Shown here: positions 34,776-43,992 of the stretch, piece by piece
How positions within the stretch are numbered: the stretch's first letter is position 1
Layout: each line of letters starts with the position of its first letter
NCBI GenBank assembly: GCA_031401035.1
Contig: JANNRA010000116.1
Span: 1-46,941 of the forward strand
Source: a bacterium
GTDB lineage: Bacteria > Desulfobacterota > Binatia > HRBIN30 > CADEER01
DNA: 46,941 nucleotides
Direction of reading: 5' to 3'
Notes under the pieces: generated by a model
The model's database searches: none
What the model saw: only the letters and a program-made list of their open reading frames with translations
What the model was told of the DNA's origin: nothing
Program-made: the position numbers and the translations under genes

Positions 34776-35437
34776 CAGCGAGCGAGGACCCCAGGCTGCA
34801 GAGCGCGCAGCGCCGCCGGCACCGCGCTGGCGTCGTCGAGCACCGCCTGCGCGGCGCCGAAGTCGCCGCCGCGGGTGAGACCGCGCGGGATGACCAGGCA
34901 GCGCAGGCCGGCGGCGACGGCGGCGGCGAGGCCGCGCTCGGAGTCCTCGATGGCGACGACTTCGTCGGCCGCCAGGCCGGCGCGCCGCAACGCGGTCGCG
35001 TACGCATCCGGGTGCGGTTTGCTGCGCGCGTAGTCGCGGTGGGTGACGGCGAACTCGAAATAGCGCAGCAGGCCGGTGTGGGTGTGGATGAGCTCGAAGT
35101 GCTCGCGCGGGGCGCTGGTCACCACCGCCAGGCGCAGCTGGCCGCGCAGCGCCGCGAGCACCGGCTCGACGCCGGCGAGCGCCGGCACGCCGGCGCGCAG
35201 CAGGTCGGCGTAGCGCTCGTTGCGACGCGTGCGCAGCGCATCGATGGCGGCCGCGTCGACGCGGGCGGCCGCGAGATCGAAGACGCTGCGCCCCTGGCGC
35301 AGCGAGAGGTCGATGAACTCGGCCTCGCCGAGGGCGACGCCGATCTCGGCCAGCGTCACGCGCGAGGCCTCGAGGTAGAGGTGCTCGGTGTCCACCAGCA
35401 CCCCGTCGTTGTCCCAGAACACCGCTTTGAGCGTCAT
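34775..35437 (-). CDS. HAD-superfamily hydrolase (beta-phosphoglucomutase-like subfamily IA)
   Basis: Motif I AVFWDNDGVLVDTE; start at MTLKAV; overlaps neighbours by 1 and 4 nt. Confidence 0.7.
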   Translation of the reverse strand: MTLKAVFWDNDGVLVDTEHLYLEASRVTLAEIGVALGEAEFIDLSLRQGRSVFDLAAARVDAAAIDALRTRRNERYADLLRAGVPALAGVEPVLAALRGQLRLAVVTSAPREHFELIHTHTGLLRYFEFAVTHRDYARSKPHPDAYATALRRAGLAADEVVAIEDSERGLAAAVAAGLRCLVIPRGLTRGGDFGAAQAVLDDASAVPAALRALQPGVLAR

Positions 35438-35859
35438 CGCGCCAGCGTCCGCCCCATGCTGATGCGCGGCTCGACCGCGTAGCCGAGGCGTTCGTAGAAG
35501 GCGACGACGGCCTCGTTGTGCGGCATCACCTGCAGGTTGATCTTCGGGCAGCCGCGCGCCGCCAGGTGCTGCTCGGCGGCACGCACCATGGCGGCACCGA
35601 TGCCGCGCCGGCGCACGGCGGCGTCGACGGCCAGATGGTAGAGCCAGCCGCGCACGCCGTCGTAGCCGGCGGCGACGGCGGCGACGAGGCGTCCGTCGAG
35701 GATGCCGACGAGCAGCAGCTCGGGCTGCGTGCGCCGCTTGCGCTCCAGATAGGCGGCCGGCGTGCTCCAGGCGCGGCGGTCGTCGAAGGCGCCGCCCCAC
35801 AGGGCGATCAACGCGGCCGCGTCGGCGGCGGCGCAGGCGCGGATGTCGAGTCCCGTCAT
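35434..35859 (-). CDS. GNAT family acetyltransferase; the reading frame continues upstream without a stop to 36111 through a uracil-DNA-glycosylase-like C-terminal fragment
   Basis: GNAT core LYHLAVDAAVRRRGIGAAMV. The in-frame upstream 84 codons (MCARGFFNGLL...PLPHPSPRKNQWLRANP...) resemble a UDG-superfamily C-terminus rather than GNAT. Confidence 0.55.
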   Translation of the reverse strand: MTGLDIRACAAADAAALIALWGGAFDDRRAWSTPAAYLERKRRTQPELLLVGILDGRLVAAVAAGYDGVRGWLYHLAVDAAVRRRGIGAAMVRAAEQHLAARGCPKINLQVMPHNEAVVAFYERLGYAVEPRISMGRTLAR

Positions 35860-36074
35860 AGGAAGGGAATTAGCGCGACCCGGCCCGGCCCGGCCAGGGG
35901 AGTCCTCGCTCGTGCGATCGCGCCCACCCCGGATCGCCGCGAGGCGTTGGCGCAGTACCGGGACCACCGCGCGCTCGAAGCAGGGGTTGGCGCGCAGCCA
36001 TTGGTTTTTGCGTGGGCTGGGATGGGGCAGCGGGATGATGTTCGGCCCGTAGACGCGCCAGTCGGCGACCGTCT

Positions 36075-36330
36075 CCGTTAGCAGCCCGTTGAAAAACCCT
36101 CGAGCGCACATCGGGCCAGGATTCCCTCGCCCGCATTGCTCGCGGGAGAGGGTTAGGGTGAGGGTTCCCCGAGCGGGCCCAGAGGCCCGCTCGGCCTAGC
36201 AGCGCAGGGCCGTTCAGGAAGCGGACCCCTCACCTCAATCCTCTCCCGCGAGCAATGCGGGAGAGGAGGTCGGAGTGATCGTTGGCCGCTGAAGGAGCGG
36301 CGCGGAGCTTTTCAACGGGCTGTTAGGGTC
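36075..36330. repeat. Large composite palindromic element containing two inverted copies of the ccctcacc-ctctcc repeat family
   Basis: 36126-36167 and 36225-36268 are reverse complements (cccgcattgctcgcgggagagg / cctctcccgcgagcaatgcggg); outer inverted arms gttagcagcccgttgaaaa (36077-36095) and ttttcaacgggctgttag (36308-36326); central hairpin gagcgggcc...gcccgctc. Confidence 0.7.
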
Positions 36331-36522
36331 GGGCGGACACGTCCGGCGAGGTGATGGGCGATTGCGTAGCGACCGACGACGAGCGTCAGCGCGACGCGCG
36401 GCAGGCGCGCCAGCAGCCGCGCACATCGACGAGCAGCGCCGCGAGATCGCGACTCTCCTCGATCACCGGACAGGGTGGAGGCTGGCGCGTCTCATGCGGC
36501 GGCGGCATCCGCGCAGCGTCGT

Positions 36523-37254
36523 CTACAGGCGGCGCCACTCCGCGCTCGCATCGATGACGCAGGCATCCAGCGAGCAGGCGCCGCTGAAGCTGATGGCGAA
36601 GGTGTAGTTGGCGGTGGTCGGACTCGTCGCGGCGGGGATGACCGCGCTGGTGGTCAGCGTCACCGTGCAGCCGTTGACCGTGTCGGCGTCGGGCGGGAAG
36701 GCGAGGCGGATGGTGCCGTCGCGGTCGACGGTGCCGTCGGTCATCTGGCCACTGCAGTCCGAGACGCGCACGGTGAGTTCGCCGCTGCTGACCACCTCCT
36801 GCTCGCATGCACCGCGCGCCGCCAGTTCCGCCGCGAAGGTCGCGGTCAGCGGCTCGGCGCAGGTCGACCCATCGACGGTCAGCGTCGACTCGCGCCAGCG
36901 GCCGGCGACCGGTGGGACGGTGGGCGTCGCCGTCGCGGTGCCAGTCGGCGTCGCGGTCGCGGTCGAGGTCGGCGTATCCGCCGGCGTCGGCGTGCGCGAC
37001 GGCGTCGGCGTCGCCGGGCAGCCGTCGCTGGCGGCGGCGACGCCGCGCACCAGCTCGTCGATGCGCAGCACGCCGTCGGGCGTCGCGTCGAAGGCGGGGC
37101 AGGCCGCCAGCGCGGCGTCGCCGAGGCTGATGCGCACGCCGAGGATCAGCTCGTCGATCGTCACGGCGCCGTCGCCGTTGCAATCGCCCGGGCAGAGTTG
37201 GGCGGAAAGCGGGCCGGCGGCGAGGCAGGCGAACAGGGCGAGGAGCGGGCGCAT
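36523..37254 (-). CDS. Secreted protein with N-terminal dockerin-like Cys-bracketed Ca-binding module and Thr/Pro linker
   Basis: Signal MRPLLALFACLAAGPLSAQ, then LCPGDCNGDGAVTIDELILGVRISLGDAALAACPAFDATPDGVLRIDELVRGVAAASDGC, paralogous to the C-terminus of 29671..30792. Confidence 0.55.
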   Translation of the reverse strand: MRPLLALFACLAAGPLSAQLCPGDCNGDGAVTIDELILGVRISLGDAALAACPAFDATPDGVLRIDELVRGVAAASDGCPATPTPSRTPTPADTPTSTATATPTGTATATPTVPPVAGRWRESTLTVDGSTCAEPLTATFAAELAARGACEQEVVSSGELTVRVSDCSGQMTDGTVDRDGTIRLAFPPDADTVNGCTVTLTTSAVIPAATSPTTANYTFAISFSGACSLDACVIDASAEWRRL

Positions 37255-37340
37255 TGGATTGAGCCTGCCCCACGCGCACGTCTGGAGCAACGCGCCCGGG
37301 CGCGGTACAGTCCGCCGCTCGCCGCCGAAAGGAGCCCCAC

Positions 37341-38153
37341 TTGGACGACCAAGCCACGACGACGCGCCACGTCGAACGCATCCGCAGCGACGGCTACACG
37401 ATCCTCGAGTCCGTCATCGAGCCCGAGTTCGTCGACGCCCTGGTCGCCGACCTGCACCGCCTCGAACGCGAGCTGACCGTCGCGCCGGCACGCAATCGCT
37501 TCGAGGGGCGCCAGACGGTGCGCATCTACAACCTGCTGGTCTACGGCAAGCTCTACGAGCGCATCCCCGTCCACCCGCACATCCTGCCGATCGTCGAGCA
37601 GGTGCTCGATGCGGGCTGCCTGGTGTCGTCGTTGTCGTCGATCTCGATCTGCGCCGACGAGAAGCCGCAGCCGCTGCATGCCGACGACCAGCTCATCCCG
37701 CTGCCGCGCCCGCACCCACCGATCGTCTGCAACACCATGTGGGCGCTGACCGACTTCACCGACGCCAACGGCGCGACGCGCATCATCCCCGGCTCGCACC
37801 TGCGCCCGGACACGCCGCACTACGGCACCGCCTACGACACCGTGCCGGCGGCGATGCCGAAAGGCAGCGTGATGATCTACAACGGCAGCATGTGGCACGG
37901 GGGCGGCGCCAATCGCACCGGCGCGCGCCGCATCGGCGTGGCGATGAACTATTGCGCCGGCTGGGTCCGCCAGCAGGAGAACCAGCAGCTCGGCATTCCG
38001 CGCGAGATCGCGGCGCAGTTCGACCCGCGCCTGCAGGCGTTGGTCGGCTACTCGCTGTACAACGGCCTCATCGGGCACGTCGACAAGAAGCACCCGGTGA
38101 CCCTGCTCGGGCGGCAGCCCGACGGCCCGCTGGTCTGGGATCTGGTGGGATGA
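37341..38153 (+). CDS. Phytanoyl-CoA dioxygenase (PhyH) family Fe(II)/2-oxoglutarate oxygenase
   Basis: PhyH-like HxD...H pattern (PLHADDQ, GSMWHGGGAN); TTG start 6 nt after a perfect AAAGGAG RBS. Confidence 0.65.
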   Translation: MDDQATTTRHVERIRSDGYTILESVIEPEFVDALVADLHRLERELTVAPARNRFEGRQTVRIYNLLVYGKLYERIPVHPHILPIVEQVLDAGCLVSSLSSISICADEKPQPLHADDQLIPLPRPHPPIVCNTMWALTDFTDANGATRIIPGSHLRPDTPHYGTAYDTVPAAMPKGSVMIYNGSMWHGGGANRTGARRIGVAMNYCAGWVRQQENQQLGIPREIAAQFDPRLQALVGYSLYNGLIGHVDKKHPVTLLGRQPDGPLVWDLVG

Positions 38154-39244
38154 TGATCGATCGCGACCACTTCTACCGCTTCTACGGCAGCGACGTATCC
38201 TACTTCACCGCCAAGGTGCGCCCGGCGCTGCGTTACAAGCGCGTGCCCCACGTCGAGCTGCTGGCGACGACGCGCGTCTATCAGGAGGTGATCCTGGCGC
38301 GTACCGGGCTGCGCTTCATCCCCATCGTCATCACCGACCGCGACGAGGTGTGGCAGGACACCAGCGCCATTCTCGACGCCCTCGAGGAGCGCTTTCCCGA
38401 GCCGCCGCTGTACCCGGCCGACGCGGTGCTGCGCGTCGTCGCGTCGCTGTTCGAGGTCTACGCCGACGAGTTCATGATCCTGCCGGCGATGCACTACCGC
38501 TGGAGCTTCCCCGAGAGCGTCGCCAAGGCGCGCGCCGACTTCGCCGCCACCAGCGGTGACGTCGCGCAGGCCAACAAGTTCGCCGATCGTATGTCCGGCA
38601 GCATCGGCTTTCTCGGCGTCGGCCCCGAGTCGATCCCCGCTATCGAGGCGCACCTGCGCGACCTGCTCGAGCGCCTGTCAGCGCATTTCGCCGTGCACCC
38701 GTTCCTGCTCGGCGGCCGGCCGTCGCTGGCCGACCACGCCATGATGGGGCCGATGTACGCCCACCTCTACCTCGACGCCGTGCCGGGTCGGCTGCTGCGC
38801 GAAACGGCGCCGGCGGTGTGCCACTGGATCCAGCGCTGCAACTGCCCCGATCCCGACGATGGCGGCGCCTGGGCGGCGCCGGCGGCGCTGGCGCCGACGC
38901 TACGGCCGCTGCTCGAGCTGATCGGCGCCGATGCCGTGCCGCTGCTGCTCGATACCGTGCGCGGCGTCGAAACGTGGGCGGCCACCCGCCCGCCCGACGT
39001 CGTCGAACCGCCGCGCGCCCTCGGCGGCCACACGACGACGCTGCGCGGCGCCTCGTTCGGTCGCTACACCAGCTCCTACGCGCTGTGGATGGTGCAGCGC
39101 CCGCTCGACGCCTATCGCGCCCTCGCCGCCGGCGAGCGCACCAGCGTCGACGCCTACCTCGCCGGCAGCGGCTGCGAGGCGCTGCTCGCCCTGACGCCGT
39201 CGATCCGCCTGGTCAAGCGCGGCTTCGCACTGGCCATCGACTGA
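38150..39244 (+). CDS. Glutathione S-transferase-like protein (thioredoxin-fold N-domain + GST C-domain)
   Basis: ATGA overlap with phyH-like gene; N-terminal FYRFYGSDVSYFTAKVRPAL GST_N-like; upstream part of track ORF 36608..39244 rejected. Confidence 0.55.
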   Translation: MMIDRDHFYRFYGSDVSYFTAKVRPALRYKRVPHVELLATTRVYQEVILARTGLRFIPIVITDRDEVWQDTSAILDALEERFPEPPLYPADAVLRVVASLFEVYADEFMILPAMHYRWSFPESVAKARADFAATSGDVAQANKFADRMSGSIGFLGVGPESIPAIEAHLRDLLERLSAHFAVHPFLLGGRPSLADHAMMGPMYAHLYLDAVPGRLLRETAPAVCHWIQRCNCPDPDDGGAWAAPAALAPTLRPLLELIGADAVPLLLDTVRGVETWAATRPPDVVEPPRALGGHTTTLRGASFGRYTSSYALWMVQRPLDAYRALAAGERTSVDAYLAGSGCEALLALTPSIRLVKRGFALAID

Positions 39245-39254
39245 AGGGACGTGA

Positions 39255-40727
39255 ATGAGTTTCTTCCGCCGCAAGACCGTCAAGCAACTGCAGACCGAGG
39301 CCGCCGGTGGAAGTCTCCGGCGCGCGCTCGGGCCCGTCAACCTGACCGCGCTCGGCATCGGCGCCATCATCGGCGCCGGTATCTTCGTGCTCACCGGCCA
39401 GGCGGCGGCCCAGTATGCCGGCCCGGCGATCGTCTACTCGTTCCTGCTCGCCGGTCTGGCCTGCGCCTTCGCCGGCCTGTGCTACGCCGAGTTCTCGGCA
39501 ATGATCCCCGCCGCCGGCTCGGCGTACACGTACAGCTACGCGACGCTCGGCGAGCTGTTCGCCTGGATCATCGGCTGGGACCTGATTCTCGAATACCTCT
39601 TCGCCTCGGCCACCGTGGCCGTCGGCTGGTCCGGGTACGTGGTCTCGCTGCTCAAGGACTGGGGCATCGAGATCCCCGCCCAGTACGCGTCGGCCCCTTA
39701 CAACCACATCGTGCCGGCGGATGCGGGCTGGAACGTCTGGCGCATCTTCACCGAGGGCTGGACGGCGACGGGCGCGGTGCTGAACGTCCCGGCGATGCTC
39801 ATCGTGGCCCTCGTGACCATCCTGCTGGTGGTCGGCATCAAGGAATCAGCGCGCTTCAACAACGTCATCGTCGCCATCAAACTGGCGGTGATCCTCGCCT
39901 TCGTCGGCTTCGGCATGTTCTACGTCAACGTCGACAACTGGCAGCCCTTCGTGCCGCCGGCCGAGGGCGAGGGCCGCTACGGCTGGGACGGCGTGGTGCG
40001 CGGCGCCGGGGTGATCTTCTTCGCCTACATCGGCTTCGACGCCGTCTCGACCACCGCGCAGGAGGTGCGCAACCCGCAGCGCGACATGCCGATCGGCATC
40101 CTCGGATCGCTGGCGTTGTGCACGGTGCTCTACGTGGCGGTGGCGCTGGTACTCACCGGCATCGTCGACTATCGCCAGCTCAACGTCCCCGATCCGATCG
40201 CCGTCGGCATCAACGCCGCCGGGCCCGAGTTGGCGTGGCTGCGCAGCGTCGTCAAGATCGGCGCCGTCGCCGGCCTCTCGTCGGTGATTCTGGTGATGCT
40301 GCTCGGCCAACCGCGCATCTTCTACGCCATGGCCCAAGACGGCCTGCTGCCGCCGGCCTTTGCCTCGGTGCACCCGATCTTTCGCACGCCGTGGGTGGCG
40401 ACGCTGCTCACCGGCGGCGTCGCGATGATCGTCGCCGGCCTCCTGCCCATCGGTCTGCTCGGCGAGTTGGTGTCGATCGGCACGCTGCTCGCCTTCGTCA
40501 TCGTCTGCGTCGGCGTCCTGGTGCTGCGCTACACCGATCCCGACCTGCCGCGACCGTTCCGCGCCCCGTTCGTCCCCTTCGTGCCGATCGCCGGGGCCCT
40601 CACCTGCGGCTACCTGATGCTCGGCCTGCCGGTCGATACCTGGGCGCGCCTGCTGGTGTGGATGCTGCTCGGTCTGGCGATCTACCTGCTCTACGGGCGG
40701 CGGCACTCGAAACTGGTTCCCCGCTGA
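39255..40727 (+). CDS. Amino acid permease, APC superfamily (cationic amino acid transporter-like)
   Basis: 12-TM architecture and the APC signature region GAGIFVLTG...[19 protein letters not shown]. Confidence 0.8.
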   Translation: MSFFRRKTVKQLQTEAAGGSLRRALGPVNLTALGIGAIIGAGIFVLTGQAAAQYAGPAIVYSFLLAGLACAFAGLCYAEFSAMIPAAGSAYTYSYATLGELFAWIIGWDLILEYLFASATVAVGWSGYVVSLLKDWGIEIPAQYASAPYNHIVPADAGWNVWRIFTEGWTATGAVLNVPAMLIVALVTILLVVGIKESARFNNVIVAIKLAVILAFVGFGMFYVNVDNWQPFVPPAEGEGRYGWDGVVRGAGVIFFAYIGFDAVSTTAQEVRNPQRDMPIGILGSLALCTVLYVAVALVLTGIVDYRQLNVPDPIAVGINAAGPELAWLRSVVKIGAVAGLSSVILVMLLGQPRIFYAMAQDGLLPPAFASVHPIFRTPWVATLLTGGVAMIVAGLLPIGLLGELVSIGTLLAFVIVCVGVLVLRYTDPDLPRPFRAPFVPFVPIAGALTCGYLMLGLPVDTWARLLVWMLLGLAIYLLYGRRHSKLVPR

Positions 40728-40839
40728 GCGCCGGGGCTCCCGACCCCCGGACTTTCCGGGCCGGACCCCCTTGCCGCACCCCTGCCGGGCAACGATAACG
40801 TCAAATGAAAAGCTTTCCACGGCACATGATGGAGGGGGC

Positions 40840-42612
40840 ATGGAATACAGGATCAGCGGCCTGACGATCGCGTTCTTCGTCGTCGCATCGGCGCTTTCCG
40901 CACCCGCCGCCGTCACGTCCATGCGCACAACCTCCCTCGGGGTACGGGACGATGTGTCAGACCCCAGCCGGCGCAAGCTGCGCTTCCGCGCCGTCACCAG
41001 CAGGGACGCGGCGGCCAATCGCATCGTCGCGCCGGTGCCCGGCGGCGCCGCGGATCCGACCATCGTCGGCGCCGTGTTGACGGTCGAGAACGCCGCCGGC
41101 AGCGGCGAACGCGCCCAGATCGCGCTGCCGGCGGCGGGCTGGACGCGGCGCGGCACGACAACCAACCCGCAGGGCTACCTCTACCGCGAGGCAACCCCCG
41201 GCGCGGCGATCAGCAAGGTGCTGCTGAGGGACGACCTGCTGCGCGTGCGCGGTGGCGGCGCCGCGTTCGCCTACACCCTCGACGAGTCGCAGCAGGGCCG
41301 CGTCGGCCTGCGCCTCGATAGCGGCGCCGACGCCTGGTGCGCCGAGGCGCCGGCGCGCGCCAGCGGCAGTCCGCCGAGCACGGCCAACAACGACGCGCCC
41401 GAGCGGTTCGAGGCGGCCGGCAACAGCCCCGCCCCGGCGGCCTGCGCCATCGGCCCGCGTTTCGCCCTGACGGTGCAGAACGGCTACGGGTCGGGCGCCT
41501 ATCCGGTCGGCGCGACCGTGCACGTCTGGGCCGCGCTCGATCCCGCCGATCAGCTGCTCAGTGGCTGGAGCGGCGACGCCGCGCTGCTTGTCGAGCCGCT
41601 CGAGTGGCATACGACGCTGGTCATGCCGGCGCGCGACGCGACGGTCGACGCCGCGATCGTCGACCGACCGACAGCGCTGGCGGTGAGCCAGTTCAGCGGC
41701 CCGAACGGTACGCCGAAGACCGTGCGCCGCTTCATCCCGCCGGCGCCGCGCGGCCTGGTGTTGATCCTGCACGGCAGCGGCGGCAGCGCCAACTTCATCA
41801 CCAGCACCGAGGCCTTCGCGGTGGCGCTGCGGCTGATCGAGAGCGGCTACGGCGTCCTCGGCACGGAAGCCGAGGAGGCGATGGTCGGCGATCTCGACGG
41901 CGACGGCAAGGAGCGCTGGAACGCCGCCCTGACCGTCGGCAACCTCGATCTGGCGACGCTCGATGCGCTGGTCGCCGACCTGCGCGGTAGCGGCGCGATC
42001 GGCGCAGCGACGCCGCTCTTCGCCCTCGGCATGTCGAACGGCGGCAGCATGGCGGTGACACTGGGAGCGGGCGACGCCTCGGCGTTGGCGCCGGTGTTTC
42101 CCAACCTGACCTTCGCCGCCGTCATCTCCCACAGCGCCAGTGCGCGCGCCGCGTCGGTGGCCGTGACGACGACGCCGTCGGCGTGGTTCATGTGCCAGAA
42201 CGACGACAACGAGAACGTCGGCAGCGCCGGCAACGCCGACGCCGCCGCCAACAGCGCCACGCTGGCCGGCCGCGGCGTGCCGACGCTCTACGACGAGCAC
42301 CCGGCCTCGCCGCTCTACGACGCGCGCTTCGAGCGCATCGGACTGTCCAGCGGCACCTCGGCGGCGCTCGCCGCCGATCTTGGCGCGGCGGGTTTCGTCG
42401 ACGCCGACGGGTTCTTCACCCTCGGCACCGACGCGCTGACCGCCGCCGTGCTGGCGATGCCGTCGCTGGCGCCGGCGCTCGCCGCCCTGTCGCCGGCCCA
42501 GCAACGCAACGTCGTCGACCAGCTGCGCGCCATGCAGGCCGAACACCAGATGTTCTCCGACTGGGCGGCGCGCGCGGCGGCGTGGTTCGACACGCACGGC
42601 GCGCTGCCGTGA
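40840..42612 (+). CDS. Secreted alpha/beta-hydrolase-like protein (candidate esterase/lipase)
   Basis: GGAGGGGG RBS, then ATG; signal MEYRISGLTIAFFVVASALSAPAAVTS; GxSxG nucleophile elbow GMSNGGSMAV. Confidence 0.55.
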   Translation: MEYRISGLTIAFFVVASALSAPAAVTSMRTTSLGVRDDVSDPSRRKLRFRAVTSRDAAANRIVAPVPGGAADPTIVGAVLTVENAAGSGERAQIALPAAGWTRRGTTTNPQGYLYREATPGAAISKVLLRDDLLRVRGGGAAFAYTLDESQQGRVGLRLDSGADAWCAEAPARASGSPPSTANNDAPERFEAAGNSPAPAACAIGPRFALTVQNGYGSGAYPVGATVHVWAALDPADQLLSGWSGDAALLVEPLEWHTTLVMPARDATVDAAIVDRPTALAVSQFSGPNGTPKTVRRFIPPAPRGLVLILHGSGGSANFITSTEAFAVALRLIESGYGVLGTEAEEAMVGDLDGDGKERWNAALTVGNLDLATLDALVADLRGSGAIGAATPLFALGMSNGGSMAVTLGAGDASALAPVFPNLTFAAVISHSASARAASVAVTTTPSAWFMCQNDDNENVGSAGNADAAANSATLAGRGVPTLYDEHPASPLYDARFERIGLSSGTSAALAADLGAAGFVDADGFFTLGTDALTAAVLAMPSLAPALAALSPAQQRNVVDQLRAMQAEHQMFSDWAARAAAWFDTHGALP

Positions 42613-42712
42613 TCCGAGCCTGGGCGGCCGACAGCGCGTCGGATCGCACCCGCGATCGCTGTTGGCGTCGATGTGGATTGACAGCCTCTTGGCATCACGC
42701 CATTCTAGCCTT

Positions 42713-42991
42713 ATGAAAACGGCGCCGGTCACGGATCTGAAGAACCGCCTGAGTCACTACCTGCGTCTCGTCGCGCGCGGCGAGAATGTGACCGTCCTCG
42801 ATCGTGGGCGGCCGGTCGCCCGCCTGACCCGGGTCGAGTCGGATGACAGCGAATTGGACGCGCTGGTCGCCGCCGGTCTGGCGCGACCGCCGCTGACGCC
42901 CCTGCCGGAGGATTTCTTGGTGCGCGACCTGCCCCGACCGCGGCTGTCGGTCGTGCAGGCCCTGATCGAGGATCGCGCCGACCGCTTTTGA
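42713..42991 (+). CDS. Type II antitoxin, Phd/YefM (VapB-like) family
   Basis: VTDLKNRLSHYLRLVARGENVTVLDRGRPVARL; low-GC leader. Confidence 0.7.
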   Translation: MKTAPVTDLKNRLSHYLRLVARGENVTVLDRGRPVARLTRVESDDSELDALVAAGLARPPLTPLPEDFLVRDLPRPRLSVVQALIEDRADRF

Positions 42992-43416
42992 CCGTGCGCT
43001 ACTGGGACGCCTCAGCCCTGGTATCGCTGTGCCTTGCCGAGGAGGCGACCGCATCGCTGCGCGGTCTCGCCGCCGCCGGCCTCGCCACGTGGGCCGTCTC
43101 ATCGGTCGAGATCGCCTCGGCCATCGAGCGCCGCACGCGCGAGGGACATCTGACCCAGACCGAGCAGGCGGCGGCGCGCGCCGCCCTGCTCCAGTTGGCG
43201 GCGGCGTGGACCGAGATTTCGGCTCTCGCGCCGGTGCGCGACCGCGCTCTGCGACTGGTTGCGACGCACGCCGTGCGGGCCGCCGACGCGATGCAGCTCG
43301 GCGCGGCCCTGGTCGCCGTCGCGGATCGCCCCGCCGGACACGCCTTCGTCTGCGCCGATCGCCGCCTGCGCGAGGCGGCCGCGCGCGAAGGGTTCGTCGT
43401 CCTCCCCGACCAGTGA
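42988..43416 (+). CDS. PIN-domain toxin VapC
   Basis: Conserved acidic residues (YWDASALV, E, RAADAMQLG, CADRRL); TTGA overlap with the antitoxin (alternative GTG at 42994). Confidence 0.7.
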   Translation: MTVRYWDASALVSLCLAEEATASLRGLAAAGLATWAVSSVEIASAIERRTREGHLTQTEQAAARAALLQLAAAWTEISALAPVRDRALRLVATHAVRAADAMQLGAALVAVADRPAGHAFVCADRRLREAAAREGFVVLPDQ

Positions 43417-43434
43417 CGGGGGCGCGGCCCGCCG

Positions 43435-43785
43435 TCAGTTCAGCGGGGCGCCGCCGATCGGCGCATCGTCGTCTTCCTGGCCGACCGCCGCACCGCCCAT
43501 CGCCGGGCCGCCGACCGGGGCGTCGTCGTCCTCCTGACCGACCGCGGCGCCACCCATTGCCGGGCCGCCGACCGGGGCGTCGTCGTCTTCCTGGCCGACC
43601 GCCGCGCCGCCCATCGCCGGGCCGCCGACCGCCGCGTCGTCGTCCTCCTGCCCGACCGCCGCACCGCCGACGGCCGCGCCGCCGATCGGGCCGTCGTCCT
43701 CGCCGATCGGCTGGGCGAGCGCAACAGTGGACCACAGGAGCAGGACGGCGACGAGAATCGAAGGGGTGTGCATAACGCATCTCAT
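43435..43785 (-). CDS. Small secreted acidic protein made of four-plus tandem 19-aa repeats (AAVGQEDDDAPVGGPAMGG)
   Basis: Signal MRCVMHTPSILVAVLLLWSTVALAQP (alternative start 43773) followed by 57-bp-period tandem repeats; low-GC 5' end. Confidence 0.5.
   Translation of the reverse strand: MRCVMHTPSILVAVLLLWSTVALAQPIGEDDGPIGGAAVGGAAVGQEDDDAAVGGPAMGGAAVGQEDDDAPVGGPAMGGAAVGQEDDDAPVGGPAMGGAAVGQEDDDAPIGGAPLN
43455..43700. repeat. Tandem repeat, 57-bp period, ~4.3 copies (coding)
   Basis: ggcgcatcgtcgtcttcctggccgaccgccgcaccgcccatcgccgggccgccgaccgg repeated head-to-tail with a few substitutions. Confidence 0.8.
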
Positions 43786-43831
43786 ACTCCGCCGACACGC
43801 AGCGCGAAACCGAGAACCGCCGCTGTTGCTG

Positions 43832-43902
43832 GCGCCACCCCGTCGGCGCCGGTTGCATTGCTGTGCTGTCGCGCCATCCAACCGGCGCCGACGGGGTGGC
43901 GC
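43832..43902. promoter_or_regulatory. Perfect 24-bp-stem hairpin (23-nt loop) in a divergent intergenic region
   Basis: gcgccaccccgtcggcgccggttg (43832-43855) is exactly complementary to caaccggcgccgacggggtggcgc (43879-43902). Confidence 0.6.
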
Positions 43903-43992
43903 CCACCGAGGGACCGCGCGACCACCAGGTGCCCCACGATCTGGCGCGGCCGTCGGTTGACTCTGGGCGACGCCCCTGCGAGCGGGAATCGC

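Noticed and set aside
42695-43906. 403-aa minus ORF, and the 248-aa plus ORF 43029..43775 (Arg/Gly/Pro-rich)
   Set aside because: Antisense/alternate-frame reads of the VapC gene and of the 57-bp tandem repeat; their composition is pure GC artefact.
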